Below, in pieces: positions 1-14,070 of a stretch of DNA of 64,000 bases. Made by a program: the position numbers and the translations under genes. The stretch is from Octopus vulgaris (Eukaryota), in NCBI GenBank assembly GCA_951406725.2, contig OX597830.1:16926001-16990000 (forward strand), given 5' to 3'. A model generated the notes under the pieces. The model was given only the letters and a program-made list of their open reading frames with translations. It was not told the DNA's origin and searched no databases. The stretch's first letter is position 1, and each line of letters opens with the position of its first letter.

Positions 1-165
1 TGTGGCACCAGCACTGAGCTCTTGCAGGCCAATCTTCTTCAGCAGGGGGAGCGGCATTAACACTTCTGCTGTGGAGGACAGGCCTTCTTGTGTATAGCAA
101 GGCGACCAGATATCTTGGTCCTTTGTCATCTCCTCCAAAAGGTTCGGTGACCTGAGGGTGTTCTA
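1..165 (-). mobile_element. Degenerate RTE-like LINE 3' fragment
   Basis: Minus strand reads EEMTKDQDIW.LAI, like RTE C-terminal (DR..WR) ends. Confidence 0.45.
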
Positions 166-442
166 ATTCAAGACCAAATGTCCTTGGAAGGGAATTTCTA
201 TCCATCACCTACTTTTCGTAATAGAATTACACAATATCAAGGTAAATGGAGACCCCTTTAACACATGACAGCATGAGAAAATAAATACTGATTTCAAAAT
301 TTGGCACAAGGCCAGCAATTTCTGGGAGTTGAGGTTTTAGTCAATTACATCAACCCCCATGCTGAACTGGTACTTATTTTATCAACTCTAAAATGATGAA
401 GGACAATGGTGATGATGGTGGTGGTGGTGGTGGCAATGGTGA

Positions 443-475
<33 letters not shown>

Positions 476-548
476 CAATGGTGATAATGATGATGATGAT
501 TTTTACTTTTGACAATATTTGTATAATAGTGTCTCAAGAAGAACTTAC

Positions 549-656
549 CTCATTTATATCTCCAAGAGCATCTGTTACCATTTTCTCTATGTTTCTCATG
601 ATGGCAATCTTCTGAGAAGCTGCCAATGGATATGTGACTGTTTGCTGACATGAATT
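549..656 (-). CDS. HIF1AN: HIF1AN coding exon 7, dimerisation helices ([36 protein letters not shown]); final exon outside the window
   Basis: 108 nt, TAG acceptor, GTAAGT donor. Matches FIH [24 protein letters not shown]. No terminal exon found in 1-548. Confidence 0.95.
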
Positions 657-717
657 CTACAAAACAATTCAAAGAATTTTATAATACATTTTTAAAAAAT
701 ATTTAACACGTTCACTG

Positions 718-1103
718 CCACAGAAACGTTAGTACGCCGCGCGAAATGCTTAGCGGTATTTCGTCTGCCAGTACATTCTGTATTCAAATTCCGCCGAGGT
801 CAACTTTGCCTTTCGGGGTCAATAAATTAAGTACCAGTTACACACTGGGGTCAAATGTAATCAACTTAATCCCTTTGTCTGTCCTTGTTTGTCCTCTCTG
901 TGTTTAGCCCCTTGTGGGTAGTAAAGAAATAGGCATTTGGTCTGCTGGTACATTCTGTGTTCAAATTCCGCTGAAGTCGACTTTGCCTTTCATCCTTTCG
1001 GGGTCGATTAAATAAGTACCAGTTACGCACTGGGGTCGATATAATCAACTTAATCCGTTTGTCTCCCCTCTATGTTTAGCCCCTTGTGGGTAGTAAAGAA
1101 ATA
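718..1103 (+). mobile_element. SINE family B, tandem multimer
   Basis: Repeats GAAACGTTAGCACGCC...TCAAATTCCGCCGAGGTCGACTTTGCC...GTAAAGAAATA, which is found many times in the window. Confidence 0.85.
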
Positions 1104-1338
1104 AGAAACTGAAGAAACTTGTGTGTTTGTTTCCTACTACAGCCGGACCATAAGTTTTGGTTTGTTTACATCCTAGTAACTTAGCAGTGTGGCAAAAGAT
1201 ACTGACAGAACAAATATCAGACTTTGTAACATATAACATATAGCTGACTGATGCTTGAATTATCAACCACCAGAAAACTACCCAAAATGAAGTAGTTTTT
1301 AGTTTCATGAATTCCTTATAACTACAAGCGATTAGTGA

Positions 1339-1672
1339 AGGCGCATGGCTCAGTGGTTAGAGCATAGAGCTTACAATCGTGAGGTTGTGAGTTCGATTCC
1401 CAGACCGGGCTGTGTGTTGTGTTCTTGAGCAAGACACTTTATTTCACGTTGCTCCAGTTAACTCAGCTGTAGAAATGAGTTGTGATGTCATGGGTGCCAA
1501 GCTGTATCGGCCCCTTTGCCTTTCCCTTGGATAACAATGGTGGCGTGGAGAGGGGAGGCTGGTATGCATGGGCGACTGCTGGCCTTCCACAAACAATCTT
1601 GCCCTGACTTGTGCCTGGAAAGGTAACTTTCAAGGTGCAATCCCATGGTCAGTCATGACCGAAGGGGGTCTC
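1339..1672 (+). mobile_element. tRNA-derived SINE (family C; relatives at 4769-5090 and 56188-56365)
   Basis: A box TGGCTCAGTGG and B box GTTCGATTCC, followed by a conserved TCTTGAGCAAGACACTT...CAGCTG core. Confidence 0.8.
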
Positions 1673-2594
1673 CTCCTACAAGTGATTATTATTGTAAATA
1701 AGTTTCATTCATTTGTTTGGTTTTACGTCCATTTTTCAATGCTGGCATGGGTTACATAAAACTTGTCAAGACGGATTTTCTACAACTGGTCGTTCTTCTC
1801 ACCAATCCTTTTATGTGTAATAAGATTTTTTTTTTCATTTCACTGGCTATTTTACTTAGTGGAGATTGCAAAAAAGTTTCTGTTTTCATTCAGTGTTAAA
1901 GAGGAAACCATGTAATAACACTCATAAACCCATGCTCTCACATGTTTCTCTCATACTCTCATATATATCTTTTATCTTTTACTTGTTTAACTCATTAAAC
2001 TGCTACCATGCTGGGACACAGCCTTGAAGATTCTTGTTTTTTTTCTTTTTAAATCTGATACATTTTCTACCTTGCCAAACAGCTAAATCACAGGGCATTT
2101 TCACACGAACACCAGGTGTCAAGTAGTGTTGGGAGACAAAAACAGACACATACACACACATACATGAGGCTTCTTTCAGTTTCTGTCTACCATATCCACT
2201 TTCAAGGCTTTGGTCAGCCCAAGGCTATAGTAGAAGACACATGTCTAAGGTGCCATGCAGTGGGACTGAACCCAGAATCGTGTGGTTGGGAAGCAAGCTT
2301 CTTACCACATAGTCATATGTTTGCCTGTACATATATCGGGTTCTCAGTTTCCGTCTAACAATCCATCCACAAGACATTGGTTTTTCTGTGGCTATAGTGG
2401 AAAATACATGCCCAAGTGTCACACAATGGGACTGAACTAAGACCCATGTGGTTATGAAGCAAACTTCAGAGCCACAGAACCAATTAGTCTCCCTAGCAAA
2501 GAATTGAACCGTAGTCTTTAGCCTGACAGCTGAGATACTGATGAGGTTACACAACATATTCTTATAAATAGGTTTACATGTCTGTATTTAATAT

Positions 2595-3002
2595 TCTTTT
2601 ATTCTCGTAACTGTTTCAGTCATCTGACTGCAACCATGCTGGAGCACAATCTTAAGGGGAGTTTTAATCAAACAAATCGACCCCAGGACTTGTTCTTTGT
2701 AAGGGCTAGTATTTATTTTATCAGTCTCTTTTGCTAAACCGCTAAGTTATGGGGACGTAAACACACCAGAACTGGTTGTCAAGTGATGGGGGCAGTACAA
2801 ACACAAGACACAAATATATATATATATATATATATATAAGGATAAGATCGATATTTAAACACCGATCTTAACAGGTGGCCAGCATGGGAATAAAAACCTT
2901 TCAAAGGTAATAATTATTTAAAATTGTAATTTAGGGTATCTAAGAGATACCACCACGCTGGAAATAGCAGTCAATACCTAAATTAGATACCCTAAATTAT
3001 AA

Positions 3003-3034
<32 letters not shown>

Positions 3035-3195
3035 GTCGGTCTTCTTTCAATTTCTGTCTACCAAATCCACTCACAAGGCTTTAGATGGTCTGAGGTTATA
3101 GTAGAAGACACTTGCCCAAGGTGTCACACAGTGGGACTGAACCCAGGTCCATGTTGTTGGGAAGCAAGCTTCTTCCCATACAGCCATGCCTGCAC
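2595..3195 (-). mobile_element. SINE family A with an inverted-repeat insert in its (TA)n tract
   Basis: Family A head and tail in reverse. Insert 2840-3010 has arms AAAATTGTAATTTAGGGTATCTAA / TTAGATACCCTAAATTATAATTTT. Confidence 0.8.
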
Positions 3196-3534
3196 CTATA
3201 CGGACATTTTGAAAATACCACACGGAGTGACATGCAGCACCCTGCACAATTATGGGCTGCCCTTTGGCAAGGTACAACATCTGTTCAGCCACCCTGCCAG
3301 TAATACAGTGAAGTCATGGGACTGCAGCATGGCAGATTGTGAAGAGATAGTGGAAGAACTCAACTAAATGAAAGGTGCTTCTTACTTTGGTGCAAAGCAG
3401 AGGAATCCTTGAAGATCAATGGTCGGGAACATCAAGCTCTCTCAAGAGAGTAACTGCAACACATCCCTAGGGGTGGCATCCACGGTTGTGTAATCACTAT
3501 GACTCAAGCTCCCTATTCAAATTCATAATGATCT

Positions 3535-3950
3535 TTTCTATTCTAGGCACAAGGCCCGTAATTTTTGGGGAGGGGGCCAGTTGATTAGATCAACCCCAGT
3601 ACGCAACTGGTACTTAATTTATCGACCCTGAAAGGATGAAAGGCAAAGTTCACCTTAATGGAATTTGAACTCAGAACACAAAGACAGACGAAATACCACT
3701 AAGCATTTCGGCCAGCGTGCTAACGTTTCTTATTTCTTTATTGCCCACAAACATAGAGGGGGCAAACAAAGGTAGACAAAGGGATTAAGTCGATTACATC
3801 GACCCCAGTACATAACTGGTACTTAATTTATCGACCCTGAAAGGATGAAAGGCAAAGTCGACCTCGGTGGAATTTGAACTCAGAATGTTAAGACGGTCGA
3901 AATACTGCTAAGCATTTCGCCTGGCGTGCTAACGTTTCTGCCAACTCACT
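3535..3950 (-). mobile_element. SINE family B multimer
   Basis: Reverse complement of the family B consensus, repeated in tandem. Confidence 0.85.
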
Positions 3951-3952
3951 GC

Positions 3953-4073
3953 TGGAATTGGATGGAGACGGTGAATAATGGAATTGGATGGAGACAGTGA
4001 ATAATGGAATTGGATGGAGACGGTGAATAATGGAATTGGATGGAGATGGTGAATAATGGAATTGGATGGAGAC
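3953..4073 (+). repeat. Minisatellite, 26-bp unit TGGAATTGGATGGAGACGGTGAATAA, about 4.7 copies
   Basis: Read directly from the sequence. Confidence 0.9.
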
Positions 4074-4256
4074 AAAGAGTCACAGGAATCTGTGAAAGCA
4101 GCAATAAAAAAAAAATTTAATACTTGTTTGATTAAAAACCCTTCAAGGCAATGCCCCAGCATGGCCGCAGCCAAATGACTGAAAACAAATAAAAGAATGA
4201 AAGAAAGTTGACATAAAATTAATAACAAATACATAAAATGCTATACTTACTCTTAC

Positions 4257-4320
4257 TTTATACCAAAAATTGATTGATATGGTGACACCCTTTTGGGGTA
4301 AGGATTCAATCTGGTGCCAC
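4257..4320 (-). CDS. HIF1AN: HIF1AN coding exon 6 (WHQIESLPQKGVTISINFWYK)
   Basis: 64 nt, CAG acceptor, GTAAGA donor. Supplies the third Fe ligand (WWH) and NFWYK. Confidence 0.97.
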
Positions 4321-4511
4321 CTGAGCCAAAATAGAAGAAAACAAAAAAAAAAAAATCATTGTAAAGAATTAAAAAATGAAAGAAAAGGGAAAGAAAGGAA
4401 ACTTCTAACAATTCAGTGAAGTTGTAAAAGTTCTGCAATGGTGATAAATATTGTTTTATTATGGGGGGGGGGGGAGAAATGGCAAAATAAAATGGGAAGT
4501 GAAACACATAC

Positions 4512-4618
4512 CAATATATAGGAATATATAACACATCCCCAGGATGTAGTGTAGCTTCAAATCCTTTTAATTCAAGAACTTTGGGAAATTTCTCTAAATT
4601 TGGATTCTCCAAGTTCAC
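4512..4618 (-). CDS. HIF1AN: HIF1AN coding exon 5 (VNLENPNLEKFPKVLELKGFEATLHPGDVLYIPIYW)
   Basis: 107 nt, CAG acceptor, GTATGT donor. Contains the JmjC motif PGDVLYIP. Confidence 0.97.
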
Positions 4619-5297
4619 CTGTGTACAAATAAATAAATAATCACATTGAAATTATCTTCAAATTTAAAGATGAAGTAAATTAACAAGGACTGAAAATTCC
4701 TTTATTTCATAAAATATTTTCCAATCACCACCATTACTATTATCAAGCTTGTATATGACATATTGTGAAGGTACGTGGCTTAGTGGTTAGGGCATTCGGC
4801 TCATCACCGTAAGGTCGTGAGTTCAATTCCCGGCGGCGCGTTGTGTCCTTGAGCAAGACACTTTATTTCACATTTTTCTCCAGTTCATTCAGCTGGCAAA
4901 AATGAGTTGTACCTGTATTTCAAAGGGCCAGCCTTGTCACACTCCGTGTCATGCTGAATCTCCCCAAGAACTACGTTAAGGGTACAGGTGTTTGGTGAGT
5001 GCTCAGCCACTTGCAAGTTAGTTTCACGAGCAAGCTGTTCCGTTGATCGTATCAGCTGGGACCCTTGTCGTCACAACCGAAGGAGAGCTCCTTTTTTTTA
5101 TATGACATATTAAAACTAAGAACATTAAGGTTTCAATTTCTGTAGAAATGGTATATTGTGTGAAGAATATGGAAGAAGTAGGATATTCGTTGGTAGAGAG
5201 ATATTGGTGTTTAATGTAAAATATCTACAGAAGCTGAAGAGAAATGGGTTCTGTAGATCCTCTGTATTTAATGCAGATCTATAAAAGCTGAAAAGAA

Positions 5298-5705
5298 AGG
5301 GGTGGCTGTGTGGTAAGTAGCTTGCTTACCAACCACATGGTTCCTAGTTCAGTCCCACTGTGGGGAACCTTGGACAAGTGTCTTCTACTATAGCCTCGGG
5401 CCGACCAAGGCCTTGTGAGTGGATTTGGTAGACGGAAACTGAAAGAAGCCCGTCGTATATATGTATATAGATATATGTATGTGTGTGTATATGTTTGTGT
5501 GTCTGTGTTTATCCCCCCAACATCGCTTGACAACCGATGCTGGTGTGTTTACGTCCCCGTAACTTAGCGGTTCGGCAAAAGAGACCAATAGAATAAGTAC
5601 TAGGCTTACAAAGAATAAGTCCTGGGGTCGATTTGCTCAACCAAAGGTGGTGCTCCAGCATGGCCACAGTCACTTGACTGAAACAAGTAAAAGAGTAAAA
5701 GAGAG
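5298..5705 (+). mobile_element. SINE family A (other copies: 8118-8512 -, 9424-9823 -, 18870-19265 -, 22590-22935 -, 30972-31455 +, 33420-33877 -, 37151-37526 +, 37953-38253 +, 40525-40930 -, 50993-51361 +, 53043-53450 +, 58850-59318 -)
   Basis: tRNA-like head GTGGCTGTGTGGTAAGTAGC...GGTTCAGTCCC, an internal (TA/CA)n tract and an (AAGAGTA)n tail, repeated throughout the window. Confidence 0.9.
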
Positions 5706-5965
5706 AGTATATGGACCCTGGTGAAACTTTGCAGCTTACCAGCCCCAGTCAAGATGTCTTACCCTTACGAGCATGGAAACGAGATGCTACATGATAATGG
5801 TGATAATAAAAGACAGAAAACAGATGAAGTGAAGAAGTGGGTATCAGATTTAAGGACATCAGTTAATGTATGCAAGAGATACTGAGATATGACTGTATTG
5901 GATAACAAAATGGTTAATTTTCGCTGGATGGAACATACTGTATGCAGACAGTAGGAAATATATAA

Positions 5966-6433
5966 CTACTAGTATTATAACCCGATTTCATTCGGGTCTT
6001 CTCGGACCACATTTTTAAAGATGAGGAATTTAAAAAAAAAACGAAAATTTTATCAAAAGTTAAAAAGAAAATGAGGGTAAAAAGCACTCATTTTTTCACA
6101 ATGAAAAATCGTTTCCTAGTAGTTGGAATTTTGTGACAAAATGTATGTTTATTAAGCACAACAGCCTGCAGTGCATGCCGCTGGGCATTAAAAGCCAATC
6201 GCACAAACCTAGAGGGGCTCTGGGCCCCCTTGAATCGATAAAAATTACTCTTTTTGCCATAGCAACCACATCTTTATAGCGTGCGAATTTTAACCATTGC
6301 GGTTCTCATCCTCACCACACATTTAGTATCCCTACCAATTTTCAGCTCGATTCTAGCCTCGGTTTGTCCACCGTTAACCGTCAAAGCAAAATGTGCATGC
6401 AATTTTCGTCCAAGGACTGTTTCATAGATATAG
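5966..6433 (+). mobile_element. Helentron/HINE-like non-autonomous element
   Basis: Starts ACTAG followed by a hairpin (ACCCGA...TCGGGT) and ends ATAGATATAG. Confidence 0.45.
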
Positions 6434-6921
6434 GTTTTCCAACTTTGAAGAATGACTGAAGAAGATTGTATCTCAGGAGGTTTAACCTCAGAGACGAGAT
6501 GACATTGGATTGAGAGGAGTGGTGGATACAGGGCTGTCCTATCTATGGCAACATAAGAAATGTTAGAAATATGATAGTGATGCAAAAATGGCAAGAAAAA
6601 AAAGAATATAAATTGTTGCCAGTCAGTAGCTGGAGGGAACACACAAACTCTTGGCATTCGCAAGATCTGTGTCTGAAGGACAAAGATATGGAGATACAAC
6701 AGGGGGGAGTGAGGTAAAGGGAGTGGTCTGAAACTGATTTATTGCAGTAGTGGTAGAATACAATGGGTGAAGACGTAGCACAGATAGAGGGCCAATGGGC
6801 AGAACTTTAGTCAAACATGTAGGTGGATGTGGTTAGTAAACCAGCCAAGATATCTCAGCTGTACAACATACTGTGTGCTTGTGCCTTGTGAAAGGTTATC
6901 ATTTGGAGCTGGTTTGAAAAG

Positions 6922-7722
6922 ATAATAATAATGAAATTATTGTATACAGTGCTCAGGTGCACCACAGCTTGTCAGAAAGTGTGTATAGAGTATATGCAGT
7001 AATGTACAAATGTCTGGGAAGTGAACAGTGTATGAGTCAGATACATGCTTGCGTGTGCATAGAGGGGAGAAAATCAGGTGTAGTGTTGGCGAATCTCAGG
7101 AAGCATGGAAGTTTTGAAGGATGCAGTGCTCCAAAAACTAACAACTGATGCCGGCAGTTTGTTTCATACTTCAGCAACTCTCAGCGTGAAAAAATGTTTC
7201 CGAAAGTCATGGGAGCTGTGCTATTTTCTGACTTTGTAAATATGTCCACGGGTGTTAGATGGGTGGAGTTTGAAAAGGTGCTCAGAGTTATTGTTTATAA
7301 GATGGTTGATAATTTTATAGGTGTCGGCCAAGTCAGCTGCCAGACGTCGGAGTTTCAATGTGTCCATGCCCAGGGAAGTAAGGCGTTCAGAATATGGCAA
7401 ATGCCTGATGGAGGGTATTCTTTTGGTTGCACGTCGCTGAACGGCTTCCAGACGATTGATATCCTGGGCAAGATAGGGGTTCCAGACCGGTGATGCAAAT
7501 TCCAGGTGAGGTTGCACCATAGCTATATAAAGCCGTAGATAGATAGCCGGAGAGCGGCTCACAAAGGATTTGGTGAGTGATGCCAAGACACCTTCAGCCT
7601 TCTTGACAATTTTAGTGATGTGTTTTGTCCAACGCAAATCACTGTCGACAATAACACCCAGGTCGCGTTCACATGAAGACTTTTTGAGATTAGTGTTGTG
7701 GAGGGAGTAGGTGGACGCTGGT
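6922..7722 (-). mobile_element. 5'-truncated CR1/jockey-group LINE (RT C-terminus, 3' UTR and (ATT)n tail)
   Basis: ORF 7221-7637 has LY.AMV.PHLEFASPVWNPY...DINRLEAVQRRATK...LPYSERL...NTRGH, typical of the CR1 ORF2 end. Confidence 0.9.
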
Positions 7723-8557
7723 CTTAGTAACCATTTATTATGTCTTCAAAAATGCCTGAAGACGTCAAGTGAAAGCAGATGTACAGGTAATTTTTCTTAG
7801 CTAAAACAATTTCCACGCCTAACTTTAAATTGTGCTTTTCTCAAAAGTGACACTTTGAAGTTACACCATTCAATTCACATCAGCAATACGATATTAAATG
7901 TGCAAGGTTGGTTTCAAATTTTGACACAAGCCAGCAATTCTGAAGGGAGAGGAGAAGTCAATTACATTGACCCCAGAGTCTAACTGGTACTTATGTTATT
8001 GACCCCCAAAAGGATGAAAGCAAAGTTGACCTCGGCAGAATTTGAACTTAGAACATGGAGACGAACGAAATGCCACTGAGCATTTTGTTCAGTGTGTTAA
8101 CGATTCTGCCAACTCACTCTTTTACTTGTTTCAGTCATTTGACTGCAGCCATGCTGGAGCACCGCCTTTAGTCGAGCAAATCGACCCCAGGACTTATTCT
8201 TTGTAAGCCCAGTACTTATTCTATCGGTCTCTTTTTCCCGAACTGCTAAGTGACAGGGACGTAAACACACCAGCATCGGTTGTCAAGCAATGCTAGGGGG
8301 ACAAACACAGACACACAAACATACACACACACATATATATATATATACATATATACGACAGGCTTCTTTCAGTTTCCGTCTACCAAATCCACTCACAAGG
8401 CATTGGTTGGCCCGGGGCTATAGCAGAAGACACTTGCCCAAGATGCCACGCAGTGGGACTGAACCCGGAACCATGTGGTTGGTTAGCAAGCTACTTACCA
8501 CACAGCCACTCACTGCCCGATATTTATGAGTAAGATTAATTAATATTACACAAATCA

Positions 8558-8965
<408 letters not shown>

Positions 8966-10830
8966 TTACGTCTATTTTTCCATGCTTGCATGGGTTAGAA
9001 TGGATTTCTCCAACACAGCATTTTGCCCCTTGTTGTGGTTCCTTCTCATTTCCTTTGTAACGTTCAGAATCTTAAGGTCAGTCATCACTACTTCTTCCTT
9101 TGTCTTCCTTGGTATTATTATCCTTCAGCAAAACTCCTTCCAACTGGATTCCTTGGTAATTCTTCACCAGTCACCCTCCAAATGCATCACATGTCCGTAC
9201 CCTTGCCAATACAGTCTTCTCTCTTTTGTACATAGCAGCTGACTCAGATTATACCCAGCTTTCAGTCAGTTCATTTCTGCTCTATGATTCATGCACACTA
9301 ACACTACACAGCAGAATTCTGCTTTAAGCACCTCATATAAACATTCCCCTTTTTTTAAAATATATTTTTGGAATTTTCAGAAAATATTTGCAAATTTGTG
9401 TTTTACACACACACGATTATACTTTTTACTCTTTTACTTGTTTCAGTCATTTGACTGAGGCCATGCTGGAGCACCGCCTTTTAGTCGAGCAAATCGACCT
9501 CAGGATTTATTCTTTGTAAGCCTAGTACTTATTCTATCGCTCTCTTTTGCCGAACTGCTAAGTTACAGGGACACAAACATACCAGCATCGGTTGTCAAGC
9601 GATGTTGGGGGGACAAACACAGACGCACAAACACACACACATGTATGTATATATATATACGACGGGCTTCTTTCATTTTCTGTCTACCAAATCCACTCAC
9701 AAGGCTTTGGTTGGCCCCAGGCTATAGTAGAAGACACTTGCCCAAGGTGCCATGCAGTGGGACTGAACCCGGAACCATGTGGTTGGTAAGCAAGTTACTT
9801 ACCACACAGCCACTCCTACGCCTACTTACCACACAACCAAAAAAATTAATTTTAATTTTTAGAATTTTTAAAAATCAGTTTAAAAATATGGACAGTCCAA
9901 ATTTTGGTTCAAATCCCAGCAACAGACTATTAAATGTGTTTATGGGGGAGAAAGATATTGTAAAACTTCAATATGTCAGACTGACAAACAAATGAGGAAG
10001 GTATGAGATGGTCGTGAGATGTGCTAAAAATAACAGCTAAATAACCCTTAAATCATACATCAAAAATTTTTATTTTGGTTTTTGCATAATTTTATGAATT
10101 CTCATGTGTAAAACACAAATTCGAAAAATATTTCTGAAAATTCCAAAAAATAAAAAAGTTATGAGAGGTTTGCTTAAAATAGAATTCCACCCATTACACA
10201 TCCATAAATAAGACAAACTAATCTCATTACTTTCCTGCTGGTAATCAGTCATACATTCTTCACATTCAGGGCTTATGTTTTGCTATCAAACACCATCACA
10301 CTTTATACACAAACATCATACAATCTGCTCTTCATTGAGACAGAATCCTTGTGTCAGCCATGGTAATGGTAGATCCCTGAAGTTTTTACATTTTGTCTTT
10401 ACACTTGCTCCTATGCTTTTAGGACAATCAACTCCACTAATTATTATGTCACCAACGTTAACAGAAGCCACAGAACTACTTGGAGCCTTTTAAGCAGCTG
10501 AAAGAATTTACTAAATTGGTTCCAGTATTTTACTGCTACTTATTTTAAGGACCTTGAAGAGACAAAATGCAAAGATGGTAATATCAAAAATGGAACTCAG
10601 AAAGTAAAAAGATGAAACTAAACAATATAAAGATTTGATGCTCTGCAGATTCTTATCCTTAATACTGATTTCAATTTTTTTTTGGGGGGGGGGGGGGGGT
10701 AAATTGACTACATCAACTCCAGTGCTCAACTGGTACTTATTTTATGGAAATTGTAGCTGTGATACCAGTGCCGGTGGCACGTAAGAGAACCATCCGAACG
10801 TGGCCGTTGCCAGCGCCACCCCAACTGCAG

Positions 10831-10870
<40 letters not shown>

Positions 10871-11493
10871 TAACTGCATGTGTGTTGCTATGTCTGGTGT
10901 TGGTCTGTTTACATCCCTGTAACTTGGCAGTATGGCCAAGTACAGATAGGACAAGTACCAGGTTTAAAAGAATAAGTACTGGTGTCAATTTGTTTGACTG
11001 AACACTTGAAGGAGCTGCCCCAGCATGGCCACATTCCAATGATGCAAACAAACAAAAGATTAAAGATACTGACGCGATGCTTCAGAGTTACAGGGGGAAG
11101 AGAAACGTGATTTTGCATCTTTCATCCATTACCTAACAGTTAAATGAAATAACTGCAACCAAAAACTGAAAGTAGACTGCAGTCTGTGGTTATGAAGTGT
11201 TCAATTCTACTGTAAAAATAGTTTTCTTAATAAACTACCCTTATTATTATTATTATTGTAATTAAATAAATGACAAGGGAACAAGAATTATGAATCAACT
11301 TTATTAGCTTACAGCTGTTTCTGCTATAGGACACAGTGCAGTCAGAACAGAGTGCTCGCACATCACCTTATTGCTTCCCTGGGGCTTCTAAAATGAAGTA
11401 CATGTTTATTTGGGGAAGCATTTAGATACCTGCCTTCTAAATATTGATATATTTCCACAGTAAATTCTCAAGTACAAGCTACTTAAAGGCTCA

Positions 11494-11742
<249 letters not shown>

Positions 11743-12562
11743 TTAACAAAATAGAAATTATATTATGAAAGCTGGCATGCTTCTCTGAGATTATTTCTTT
11801 TGGTAAACAAACTATTTAACACCAGTTTTTTTTTTTTTCGTTTTTTTTTTTTTTTTCTTTTTCTCTTTCTTCTCTGGCAGCAGCCTCTGAAATATCTCAG
11901 CTTATATCCAGTTTTCCTAATCCATTCTGTTAACATATAGTGCAAGTGTGGTTGCATGGTTTAAAGAGTCTGCTTCCCAGCTATGATGGTTTGGGGTCCA
12001 GTCCTGCTGCAAGTGTCTTCCACTAAAGCTCTGGTTCATCCAAAGCCTTGTGGGTGAATTTGGTAGAGAGAAATTGAAAGACAATATGTGTGTGTGTGTG
12101 TGTGTCTCCTTTTTTGACATCACATGATAATTGTGAATGAGTGTCATTACCATACAACCAGAGTCATTCATTTCCAATATTTTGTGTGTAAACATGTAAT
12201 GGTCATGGGGGAAATATAACCTGGCTCAGAAGCAGGTGAGGGCTGGCAATGGAAAGAGCATCTGGCTGTAGAAAATCTGTCTCAATAAATTGTCTGATTC
12301 ACGCAAGCATGGAAAAGTGGACATTAAAATGATGATGATTCTATCAGCATATCCTCTATTCTTGATTGTCAATTGCAGAGCAAAGATACATTGAGCTCAC
12401 TCCATACTTCAGAATTCCATTATCCATTATACACCAAATAAAGAATTACAACAGATTGAATTACAAGGATGCCATGTAACCAAAGTGTGTCACTGCCAAA
12501 AAGCTGTATCTCAGGTCAAATCAATGCTCAAAACAGTTGCCGCTCAGCAAAGGTGTCTAAAT

Positions 12563-12807
12563 CAGTGGCTCTCAACTCGGGTCCACATAACCCTTGAGGA
12601 TCCATAAGATTTAGTTGTTAAAAATTATTTGCAATAAATCAATTATACTTCTACAATATACAAAATATTTTTAATAATTTCTTTCGTACAATTTCTAATA
12701 ATATTTAATTACAAAAATATAATGGGGTCTGTAGGAGTTCAGCATAGCAAAATAAGAATTAAACGGGTCCACAGGCAAAAAAAAACAAAAAAACATGAGA
12801 ACCAGTG
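12563..12807. mobile_element. hAT-like MITE (relatives at 24346-24658 and 56510-56611)
   Basis: Termini CAGTGGCTCTCA / TGAGAACCAGTG. Flanks GTCTAAAT / GCCTAAAA look like a decayed 8-bp TSD. Confidence 0.65.
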
Positions 12808-14070
12808 GCCTAAAATGTTGTTATGACTTTTGGCCTTTTCTAAAAAATGTTTTTAAATTTTAAACATTAGCAGGTCATTGAGAAATTGATGGTTTTTGCG
12901 ATAGTCCATTATATCATGATGTAATTTTTGCTTACACAAACATTACCAGTGATGGACATATGGTAGGTGGTGATGGTGGATATTTTTATATGTAAGATAT
13001 AATATTCACATGGACCATGAATAATTTATACTGAAACACAAAAGAAACGTCACACACATACTAGATAGAAACCAGTTTATTAACAGACAGTCATAGTATT
13101 GATTGAAGAGTGCTAATTAAGAAACTGTTCTTTCCTAATGATAAAACGTCATTTCCTGAAACATGTTTGATGGCACACGGGTGCCTTTCATACCCATTGA
13201 GTCAACGTTTTGCACATGCATCATGCGTTCTATAATGATGTGTTCGCGAGCATTACCATGTTCATGGAAAGTGAGCGAACTTGAATCCTACATGCAATCC
13301 TTGTGGTTTCAAAAGAGAGTGGTACTGTGGGTCAGTGACATCTTCCTGATGTCAAATTACCTAGAAATGTGATAAAATCCATACAACCTCAATATTGTGT
13401 GTGGAACAAATAATCTTTTGCAGTGCAACGTTTATTTAGCAGTTCAATATATTACAAGTTTATAAATTTCAAATGTAGCCCTTTATTTAAAGAAGTTGCT
13501 GATCCTTGGCCCAAAGTTTGTAAAGAGGTTTTTGACTTGTGGAAATGCCTATAGCTTGTTTCACTGCTAAAGCATTATGTCCTTGATACTGATTCTCAAA
13601 TAGTTATAATTAGGTTTGTTATTTGTGCTATCGTTGCTATTTAGCACCAGGTCAGACCCAATTGAGCAGACATGATCAAGTGCAATCCAGCAATGACTAC
13701 TTCATCTTAGTTTTAGTTATACAGTGTATCTAGAATCACAGTATTTCCTCTTTTACATTACTTTTTTTTGTAAGGATGTCAGGGAGTGCTGGCTGCTGTT
13801 TCTAACAGGTTCGAGGTCTCATGTTTGATCCCACTGCATATCATGGACAAATCTTGAGAGTGACATTTGGTCGATGGAAAACTTCTTAGAAGTAGATTGG
13901 ATGGTTTCTAGTTATAAATCAAAGGTCCATGTTAAGACTCCCTTGTACCATTTGATGGTACGGCCCAATTTTGGAAGCAGCACAAAGACATTATCATTGA
14001 CATGTTTTACAGTATTGAGTTGAAATCCTACTATACATATGTACAGCTTTGGAAAGAATGGACTCTACCA

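Noticed and set aside
1339-1412. tRNA-like sequence (also at 4769 and 56188)
   Set aside because: A and B boxes are present, but the acceptor stem is imperfect and the sequence runs into a SINE body; these are SINE heads, not tRNA genes.
3953-4073. Regular 26-bp repeats resembling a CRISPR array
   Set aside because: No unique spacers, no cas genes, and a eukaryotic intron; this is a minisatellite.
8290-8529. Recurrent peptide RASFSFRLPNPLTR...GTEPGTMWLVSKLLTTQP in many ORFs, suggesting a gene family
   Set aside because: Antisense translation of SINE A. The same applies to FKFRRGRLCLSSFRGR (SINE B).
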